Shown: positions 57,175 through 64,000 of the stretch, piece by piece
Numbering within the stretch: position 1 is the stretch's first letter
How the letters are laid out: the number at the start of each line of letters is the position of its first letter
NCBI GenBank assembly: GCA_964643955.1
Contig: CAZXUO010000001.1
Span: 78,314-142,313 of the forward strand
Source: an uncultured Candidatus Saccharibacteria bacterium
GTDB taxonomy: Bacteria > Patescibacteriota > Minisyncoccia > Phycocordibacterales > UBA918
Direction: 5' to 3'
DNA length: 64,000 nucleotides
Notes under the pieces: generated by a model
Database searches by the model: none
Seen by the model: the letters and a program-made list of their open reading frames with translations, nothing else
What the model was told of the DNA's origin: nothing
Made by a program: the position numbers and the translations under genes

Positions 57175-58202
57175 GCAATCAGTGTAGCAGAGCTTGAAAG
57201 AAGCTCAGGCGATGCTTCGTGCATAAATTTTTCCGTAATACGCGCCACGTTGTCTGCCGTCGCAGCTTCCATGAGCTCAGCTCTAAGCTCACGCGCACCA
57301 TCAAAGCCGTGTACGTACGCTTTGTAGTGCTTTTTCATAATTGCAAAACTCTTGTGCGGCAACAGTTCTTCAAAAAGATGAGTATGCTCTACCATCACAC
57401 GAAGCTTCTCGCCAATAGCGACCGTGGTCGCGTCACGCTCTGGGTGAAAGAGCCACGGATTCCCAAAAATTGCACGCCCGAGCATCACGCCGTCAGCTCC
57501 TGACGCGCGCGCTTTTGCGCGCGCGTCGTCAAGATTCTGAGCATCGCCGTTGCCAAGAATAAGCGCAGATGATCCGAGTTCATTTCTAATCTCCACCGCG
57601 CGCGCGACACGTTCCCACCGAGCAAGCACCTTCGACATCTCCTTACGGGTACGTGCGTGGATCGTGACGGCAACAGGCTCTGCCTTGAGGAGCGCGGGAA
57701 GCCACTCATCGAGCTGATCTTTGTTGTAACCGACGCGCGTCTTCACTGAAACCGGCAACCCTGATCCGCGCTTAGCTGCCTCGATGACTGCCACGGCTTT
57801 CTCTGGATTCTTTATCATCGCGGCGCCACACCCCTGCTTTTCTATCGAGCGATCGGGACATCCCATATTGATGTCGATTCCGTCGAAGCCGAGCTCTTTG
57901 CATAGTCGCGCAGCTTTTTCCATATACTCGGGCGTCGAAGAAAAAAGCTGCGCGACAATCGGCCGCTCCTCCTCGCTATACAGAAGATCCGCCATGAGCT
58001 TGCGCTTCCCTTCCTCGCTTGCGCGCACGAGCCCATCTGCAGACACAAACTCAGTCCACATGACGTCAGCCGCGCCGATGGTGCCATCTCTACGTGTATG
58101 CGCCGAATACTTTGCGATCAGTCTGCGAAAGGCAACATCAGTGACATCCGCCATCGGCGCGAGCACAAAAAACGGTTTCTGAAGATTATCCCAAAACGTC
58201 AT
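57171..58202 (-). CDS. dus: tRNA-dihydrouridine synthase
   Basis: Dus family motifs (LAPMADVTDVAFR, DINMGCP, flavin-binding TIM barrel). Confidence 0.85.
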   Translation of the reverse strand: MTFWDNLQKPFFVLAPMADVTDVAFRRLIAKYSAHTRRDGTIGAADVMWTEFVSADGLVRASEEGKRKLMADLLYSEEERPIVAQLFSSTPEYMEKAARLCKELGFDGIDINMGCPDRSIEKQGCGAAMIKNPEKAVAVIEAAKRGSGLPVSVKTRVGYNKDQLDEWLPALLKAEPVAVTIHARTRKEMSKVLARWERVARAVEIRNELGSSALILGNGDAQNLDDARAKARASGADGVMLGRAIFGNPWLFHPERDATTVAIGEKLRVMVEHTHLFEELLPHKSFAIMKKHYKAYVHGFDGARELRAELMEAATADNVARITEKFMHEASPELLSSSATLIA

Positions 58203-58239
58203 ATATCGAGAAGATACCTGTACCGAGCGCCGAGCGCAA

Positions 58240-59130
58240 CTACTCTTCAGATTCTTGTATCAAAATCTCACCGCTTCCTTCCGCGTCCTCACCCGCCACC
58301 GGCTGCTTCACAAATATCTTATTCCCGAAACGCAAATCGATGTAGGAGAAATTTCCCGGACGCAAATGTCCAAACTCTTCTGAGGTCAAAATGGAGTTAA
58401 GATTTTCAAATATTTTCTGCATATCGGCGACGCGCGGCACGAGTATTTCTCCGCCACCACGAATCCGATAGTGCACGTCCCCACCTAAAGTCTCATACAC
58501 GGCATAGACGTCCATCCCATACTCGCGCGCCAAGACACGAGAAAATTCTTCCGTCACACGCATATACTCGACCGACACAAAAGGCGCAGCCACTTCGGGC
58601 GTACGACCTTCAGTCACATACCGCAAGAAAGTAGAGCCGAGGAGCGACGGAGCTGGGGCAAAGGCAAGTCCTGTATTTGAAACAAAAAGACAGCCGGCAT
58701 TCATCTCCTCAGTACTCTCTGCACACCACAGAGCGTGTGGCGTATATTCATCAATTGAAATGTAGAGCTCCTTGTTTGAAGAAAGCGACACACTCGCGCG
58801 CGACACGCGCGGAATATCTTTTACCATCTGCTCTATCTCTTCGTGCGGATACAGGTATGCAAAACGACGAGGAATAAAAAAACCGTAGGTACCATCGAGC
58901 AGCACTTGCGTGCGGGTTTTGATATCTTCTTGATTGATCGTGTCGCCACCTTCGACGGTGACCGCACGGATCGTAAATGCATCGAGCCGCACGAGGTACC
59001 ACAATCCAGTGCCAAGTGCGAGCAGAAAAATGAGAGAAAGCACTCTACGCACCATCATCACGCGCCGATAGCGCTCATGCGCATTTTTACTTCGAAAATT
59101 CTTTTTTGCTGGAGTTCCCCATGGAGCCAT
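58240..59130 (-). CDS. ftsQ: cell division protein FtsQ/DivIB-like (single TM plus POTRA)
   Basis: Basic cytoplasmic N-terminus, one TM helix, then a POTRA-like segment (IRAVTVEGGDTINQEDI...DIPRVSRASVSLSSNKELYISIDEYTPHALW). Confidence 0.5.
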   Translation of the reverse strand: MAPWGTPAKKNFRSKNAHERYRRVMMVRRVLSLIFLLALGTGLWYLVRLDAFTIRAVTVEGGDTINQEDIKTRTQVLLDGTYGFFIPRRFAYLYPHEEIEQMVKDIPRVSRASVSLSSNKELYISIDEYTPHALWCAESTEEMNAGCLFVSNTGLAFAPAPSLLGSTFLRYVTEGRTPEVAAPFVSVEYMRVTEEFSRVLAREYGMDVYAVYETLGGDVHYRIRGGGEILVPRVADMQKIFENLNSILTSEEFGHLRPGNFSYIDLRFGNKIFVKQPVAGEDAEGSGEILIQESEE

Positions 59131-59131
59131 A

Positions 59132-60406
59132 CTACGCCTGACCGATCACGGTCGTACCACCCATGTACGGCACGAGCACTTCTGGTACACGAATCGTGCC
59201 ATCTGCTTGCTGATAATTCTCAATAATAGGAATGAGGAGGCGCGGCGTCGCTGCGGCGGTGTTGTTGAGCGAATGCGCGAAACGCATTGTGCCATCTTCG
59301 TCACGATAGCGGATGTTGAGACGCCGCGTCTGAAAATCATGGAAATATGACGATGAGTGTGTCTCGCGATACGTCTTCTCGCTTGGTACCCACGCCTCGA
59401 TGTCGTACTTCTTCACCTGACCAAGACCGAGGTCGCCACCGCAGTTGGTGACCACATGGTACGGAATCTGGAGTGCCTGCATGATTGACTCTGCGTTTTC
59501 CGTCAATGCTTCGTGAAATGCGACCGACTGCTCGTGGCTCGCTTCACAAAGTATCACCTGCTCAAACTTAAAGAATTCATGCACACGCATGAGGCCTTTC
59601 GTGTCTTTTCCATGACTACCCGCTTCGCGACGGAAACATGGTGAGAATCCAAAAAATTTAACCGGCAGCATCCCGCGCTCGAGCACCTCATCCATATAGA
59701 AGCCCATCGCGCCCACTTCCGCAGTACCCGCGAGGTAGTCGCCGTCTTGCGTCTTGTAGAGATCCTCCTCACTCTGCGGAAGATACCCCGTACCAATAAA
59801 TGGTTCGCGTCGAATGAGTGACGGCACGAGCAGCGGCACAAAAGATGGATCGCGCTTCGTAATAAAATCAAAAACAAAATTCCAGACTGCGTAGTTGAGA
59901 CGCACACCCATTCCCTTTAAGAAATATCCGCGGAAGCCAGCGACTTTTGCGCCACGCTCGAAGTCCGCCATGTCATGCATCGCAACAAGTTCAACATGAC
60001 TTTTTGGTTCAAAATCAAAGACTGTCTTCTCTCCCCACACGCGCGTCTCGACGTTGCCGGCGTCATCGTCGCCATCCGGTACTGAAATATCCGGCACGTT
60101 TGGTACTTGGACCATGAGCGCGCGCCAGTCTGTGAGCACGAGCCGGAGCTCCTCCTCAAGCTTTTGAATATCATCCTTGAGGGTACCGACACTCGCGATG
60201 AGCGCCGGACGCGCCGCTTCGTCTGCCGCGCCGACGTCACGTGAGATTTTATTTTGCTCAGCTTTCTTCGCTTCGAGCATCTGCGTCAGTTCACGGCGCT
60301 TTTCGTCGAGGAGCACGAGACCATCGAGATCTACCGTGATGTGCTTTTTGAGCGCCCCTGCCTTTACAATCTCGAGATTTTCTCGAATGAATTTTATGTC
60401 GAGCAT
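59132..60406 (-). CDS. serS: serine--tRNA ligase
   Basis: N-terminal coiled-coil arm plus class II aaRS core motifs (FRREAGSHGKDTKGLMRVHEF, GTAEVG). Confidence 0.9.
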   Translation of the reverse strand: MLDIKFIRENLEIVKAGALKKHITVDLDGLVLLDEKRRELTQMLEAKKAEQNKISRDVGAADEAARPALIASVGTLKDDIQKLEEELRLVLTDWRALMVQVPNVPDISVPDGDDDAGNVETRVWGEKTVFDFEPKSHVELVAMHDMADFERGAKVAGFRGYFLKGMGVRLNYAVWNFVFDFITKRDPSFVPLLVPSLIRREPFIGTGYLPQSEEDLYKTQDGDYLAGTAEVGAMGFYMDEVLERGMLPVKFFGFSPCFRREAGSHGKDTKGLMRVHEFFKFEQVILCEASHEQSVAFHEALTENAESIMQALQIPYHVVTNCGGDLGLGQVKKYDIEAWVPSEKTYRETHSSSYFHDFQTRRLNIRYRDEDGTMRFAHSLNNTAAATPRLLIPIIENYQQADGTIRVPEVLVPYMGGTTVIGQA

Positions 60407-60499
60407 ACGTACCGGATACTATACCACAAGCATTTATGAAGCGACCGGTCATGCACAGCATGTGCTCGCCTACTCATTTTTTGGTGAGAATATAGGTCT

Positions 60500-61357
60500 A
60501 TGGACTATCCTATATATGAAGTAACGCCGGAAGCGTTTCCGGGAGCACTCACGGAAATCCCCGACCCTCCCAAAAAACTCTCCATCCGCGGCACACTCCC
60601 CCCAAAAGAGCATGTACTACTCGCCGTTGTCGGCTCACGCGCCTACAGCACTTACGGCAGACAAGCAGTCGAGACGCTCATTGGCGGACTTTCTGGCTAC
60701 CCCATCACAATCGTCTCAGGCCTTGCAATCGGCATTGACGCGCTCGCGCACAAGACCGCGCTTGCGCATCGCATCAACACAATCGCCGTGCCCGGATCAG
60801 GGATCAGTGACGCAGTGCTCTATCCTCGACAAAATAAAAGTCTCGCACGCGATATCCTCCAAAGTGGCGGCGCGCTCCTCTCAGAGTTTGCACCTGATTT
60901 CCGCGCAGTGCACTGGTCATTCCCACAACGCAATCGCATCATGGCTGGCATCGCACGCGCAACACTCGTTGTCGAAGCTACGTTAAAATCAGGCACGCTC
61001 ATCACCGCACGTCTCGCGGCCGACTACAACCGCGATCTTCTCGTCGTTCCGGGTTCTATCTTTTCTGAAAATAGCAAAGGTCCACACTTATTTATGAGGA
61101 TAGGTGCAACTCCTATCACTTCGCCAGAAGACCTCCTCGAAGCACTCGGCTTTTCACCCGAAAAGCCGAGTGCAAAGCAACTCGACCTCTCGCCAGCAGA
61201 GCAAAAAATATACGACGCACTGCAGGCCCCTCAAAGCCGTGATGCAATCATCGCCACGCTTGGTATGGCAGCAGAAGAAGCAAACGCTCATCTCATGCTT
61301 ATGGTCCTTCGTGGCCACCTCATCGAAAAAAACAGCATCTATTCACGCGCGCTATAG
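60500..61357 (+). CDS. dprA: DNA processing protein DprA (Smf)
   Basis: DprA Rossmann-like domain (AVVGSRAYSTYGRQ ... SGLAIGIDALAHKTAL ... LVVEATLKSGTLITARLAADYNRDLLVVPG). Confidence 0.85.
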   Translation: MDYPIYEVTPEAFPGALTEIPDPPKKLSIRGTLPPKEHVLLAVVGSRAYSTYGRQAVETLIGGLSGYPITIVSGLAIGIDALAHKTALAHRINTIAVPGSGISDAVLYPRQNKSLARDILQSGGALLSEFAPDFRAVHWSFPQRNRIMAGIARATLVVEATLKSGTLITARLAADYNRDLLVVPGSIFSENSKGPHLFMRIGATPITSPEDLLEALGFSPEKPSAKQLDLSPAEQKIYDALQAPQSRDAIIATLGMAAEEANAHLMLMVLRGHLIEKNSIYSRAL

Positions 61358-61434
61358 CCTCAGGAAAGCAGGGCTTTATTCGGGCATATTTTTAGGCTGT
61401 AATTTGACATATTCTCACTTCCCTAGTATTTGTT

Positions 61435-63810
61435 GTGAAATACATGGCCACATTAGTTATCGTCGAGTCTCCTGCGAAAGCGAAGACTATCGAAAAGTAT
61501 TTGGGTAAAGGATACCGCGTCAAAGCGTCGGTTGGTCACGTGCGTGATTTGCCCAAAAGCAACAAGGACGCCGTCGATATCGAGGGCGGCTTTATACCGC
61601 GCTACGTCATTTCGCGCGGTAAGGAAGCAGTCATCGAAGACCTGCGAAAAGAGGCAAAGAAAGCAGATGAAGTCCTTCTCGCAACCGACCCCGACCGCGA
61701 AGGTGAGGCAATCGCGTGGCATGTTGCCGAGCTCATCAAGAAGGAAAATAAAAACATCAAGCGCGTGGTCTTTCATGAGATCACCGAGCCTGCAGTAAAA
61801 GAAGCGATCGAGCATCCACGCGCAATCGACCAGCACCTCCGCGAAGCGCAGGAAGCGCGCCGCGTGCTCGATCGCCTCGTGGGGTACGACCTCTCGGGCC
61901 TCATTTGGAAAAAAGTTCGCTACGGACTTTCTGCTGGTCGCGTGCAGTCACCTGCACTCCGTATCATCATGGAGCGCGAGCGAGAAATCCGCGCATTCGT
62001 CCCCGAAGATTTTTGGGTTATTACAGCTGCAACAAAAACCGCGTCAAACGTACCGCTCGCGCTCACCTGCGTCGACGAGCCCCGTGAAGAAAAAATCGTC
62101 AACGATATCCTTGAGAAAGGTAAAAAAGGATCATGGGTAGTTACTGAGGTGAAAGAGACCGAGCAGAAGCGTGTGCCGCGCCCTCCTTTTACGACCTCCA
62201 CGCTCCAGCAGTCTGCGTCGACCCGACTTGGTTTCTCACCGGCGCGTACCATGGGCGCGGCACAAAAGCTTTACGAAGCAGGTCACATCACCTACATGCG
62301 TACCGACAGCACCTCAATGAGTGACATCGCCCAAAAACAAATCATCGCACTTTTGCATGTCGACTACGGAAAGGATTACGTGCAGCCTCGTACATACAAG
62401 ACAAAGAGTAAGTCTGCTCAAGAAGCACACGAAGCCGTACGTCCTACGAATTTTGCAAAGCACTCAGTTGGAGCAACTGACGATCAGAAGCAACTCTACA
62501 AGCTCATTTGGGAGCGTGCGGTCGCCTCACAGATGGCAGACGCGCAAGTGAAGCGCACGAAAATTATTGCAAACACAACCACGCATGATGTACCTGATTT
62601 TGCAACTACCGGATCACGCGTCATGTTTGACGGATGGCTCAAGGTAGATACGCGCGCACGAAGCGAGGACACTGAAGTGCCAAAAGTCGCTCAAGGTGAC
62701 GCACTCACCCTCGTTGATCTTTCAGCGCTCGCAAAACAAACCCAACCTCCGAGCCGCTACACCGAAGCCGGCCTCATCAAGGAGCTCGAGAAGCGCGGTA
62801 TCGGCCGACCGTCGACCTACGCATCGATCATGAAGACCATCATTGATCGCGGGTATGTACTCAAAGAAGGACGCACACTCATGCCGACCGACACGGGCGA
62901 TGTTGTCTCAAGTTTCCTCGAAGAACATTTTGCCGAGTACATCAGCGACACCTTTACAAGTGAAATGGAAAACGAGCTCGACGAAATAGCCGAAGGCGAC
63001 CGCGAGTACGAAAAGACACTCAAAGAATTTTATACTCCGTTTACAAAAGCTGTTGCAGCAAAAGAAAATATTGAAAAGCTCACCACACTCGGTGATGCGC
63101 CGAAAGAATTCCCGTGTCCAAAATGTAAGAGTGAAATGGTCATCAAGCTTGGCCGCGGTGGCAAGTTTCTCTCATGTGGACGATTTCCTGACTGTGATGG
63201 CGCACGCATGATCGACGGCAGCGAGATCAAGGCAGACACTCCGATTGGAACCCATCCTGAAACGGGTGAAGAAATCTACGTACTTGCCGGACGATTTGGT
63301 CCGTACGTACAACTTGGCAAAACTCCTGAAAAGCCAAAAGGTCGTGCGAAAAAAGGCGCACCGAAAGCAGAGACGCCGCGTCGTGCTGGCCTTCCAAAGG
63401 ACAAACGCCCCGAAGACGTCTCGGTCGCCGACGCTGTCCACTACCTCTCACTTCCCCGTGTTCTCGGACAACATCCAGACACCGGCAACGACATCACTGC
63501 AGGCATCGGACGTTTCGGTCCCTTTGTCGTTCATGATGGCGACTTCCGATCACTCAAAGGAAAAGACAATCCATACGATGTCACGCTCAATCGTGCGCTC
63601 GATATTCTTAAAGAAGAAAAGAAAGGCCGCAAAGGAGAAAAAGTGGTAAAAGATCTCGGTCCACACCCGCGCACTCGAAAACCAATCCGAGTACTTGAAT
63701 CAAAATCAGGCAAATTCCTCCGCAAAGGATTTAAGCGCATCTCTATTCCTGATTCTGTAAATATTGATACCTTCACCATCGACGACGCGGTTGAGCTCTT
63801 GAAACAGTAG
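61435..63810 (+). CDS. topA: DNA topoisomerase I
   Basis: TOPRIM N-terminus (LVIVESPAKAKTIEKYLG), active-site tyrosine region (GHITYMRTDS) and C-terminal zinc ribbon (CPKCKSEMV...CGRFPDCDG); directly downstream of dprA. Confidence 0.95.
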   Translation: MKYMATLVIVESPAKAKTIEKYLGKGYRVKASVGHVRDLPKSNKDAVDIEGGFIPRYVISRGKEAVIEDLRKEAKKADEVLLATDPDREGEAIAWHVAELIKKENKNIKRVVFHEITEPAVKEAIEHPRAIDQHLREAQEARRVLDRLVGYDLSGLIWKKVRYGLSAGRVQSPALRIIMEREREIRAFVPEDFWVITAATKTASNVPLALTCVDEPREEKIVNDILEKGKKGSWVVTEVKETEQKRVPRPPFTTSTLQQSASTRLGFSPARTMGAAQKLYEAGHITYMRTDSTSMSDIAQKQIIALLHVDYGKDYVQPRTYKTKSKSAQEAHEAVRPTNFAKHSVGATDDQKQLYKLIWERAVASQMADAQVKRTKIIANTTTHDVPDFATTGSRVMFDGWLKVDTRARSEDTEVPKVAQGDALTLVDLSALAKQTQPPSRYTEAGLIKELEKRGIGRPSTYASIMKTIIDRGYVLKEGRTLMPTDTGDVVSSFLEEHFAEYISDTFTSEMENELDEIAEGDREYEKTLKEFYTPFTKAVAAKENIEKLTTLGDAPKEFPCPKCKSEMVIKLGRGGKFLSCGRFPDCDGARMIDGSEIKADTPIGTHPETGEEIYVLAGRFGPYVQLGKTPEKPKGRAKKGAPKAETPRRAGLPKDKRPEDVSVADAVHYLSLPRVLGQHPDTGNDITAGIGRFGPFVVHDGDFRSLKGKDNPYDVTLNRALDILKEEKKGRKGEKVVKDLGPHPRTRKPIRVLESKSGKFLRKGFKRISIPDSVNIDTFTIDDAVELLKQ

Positions 63811-63863
63811 CGCGCAGACGCTCAATCTTGTTTTCACTACCTATCGAGACTAGAATGAGCATA

Positions 63864-64000
63864 TGACCGATCTCCAAAGCATCCTCGCTGTACTCTCCTC
63901 AAATGCCGCAGAAGACCGCGAGCTCATCACGCGTGCATACGAGTGTGCAAAAGCCGCACACGAAGGACACACACGCTATTCTGGCGAACCATATCTTACG
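63864..64000 (+). CDS. RelA/SpoT-family (p)ppGpp synthetase/hydrolase, N-terminal fragment
   Basis: Manual translation MTDLQSILAVLSSNAAEDRELITRAYECAKAAHEGHTRYSGEPYL matches the HD-domain N-terminus of RelA/SpoT proteins. Confidence 0.55.

Noticed and set aside
61358-61434. topA promoter call (TTGACA near 61404)
   Set aside because: A TTGACA hexamer is present, but no convincing -10 sits at a 16-18 nt spacing; it is left unannotated.

Overview
The window is a gene-dense (~50% GC) bacterial chromosome segment, almost entirely minus-strand coding. It carries housekeeping genes, many short hypothetical membrane or secreted proteins, and several very large repeat-rich surface proteins. Compact genes, a short UvrC without its HhH tail, and a short DnaX suggest a small-genome lineage such as CPR/Patescibacteria; that is inference only.

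Content from left to right:
- tRNA-Ala(UGC) with a bidirectional terminator.
- A contiguous nucleotide-excision-repair block: ddl, uvrC, a hypothetical, uvrA, a small plus-strand ORF, uvrB.
- tgt, FKBP, a CapA-like protein, an acidic low-complexity protein, an AI-2E transporter.
- Two tandem M14-like peptidases, then a consensus promoter–terminator pair bracketing a ~300-nt unit, then gdh.
- A CAP-domain protein and a Gmad2-like protein.
- An ATP-grasp enzyme divergent from a GNAT/FemAB-like protein.
- A cupin, an ABC-F ATPase, DedA, SulP, two META-domain proteins, a membrane-anchored Clp/Hsp100 with a degenerate D1, pirin, DUF305, and a peptidoglycan-binding acidic-repeat protein.
- tatA (not in the ORF track, 36701..36877) and tatC.
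- A surface-protein cluster: an 804-aa Thr/Gly-rich fiber-like protein, a Tat-signal-like secreted protein, a 1002-aa tandem-repeat protein ending in two dockerin-like repeats, and two membrane-anchored proteins with cohesin-like modules.
- A lexA–dinB operon with a perfect 10-4-10 Cheo-type LexA box, then a SAM methyltransferase, NUDIX, a deaminase, tRNA-Gln(CUG), a histidine phosphatase, dnaX, a DD-carboxypeptidase, YtxH/DUF948 proteins, a LamG-like protein, dus, ftsQ-like, serS, dprA, topA and the start of a RelA/SpoT gene.

No CRISPR array, rRNA, integrase or transposase was recognised. The most interesting candidate is the cohesin–dockerin-like surface cluster at 41.6–47.3 kb, adjacent to the fiber-like protein and tatA/tatC.
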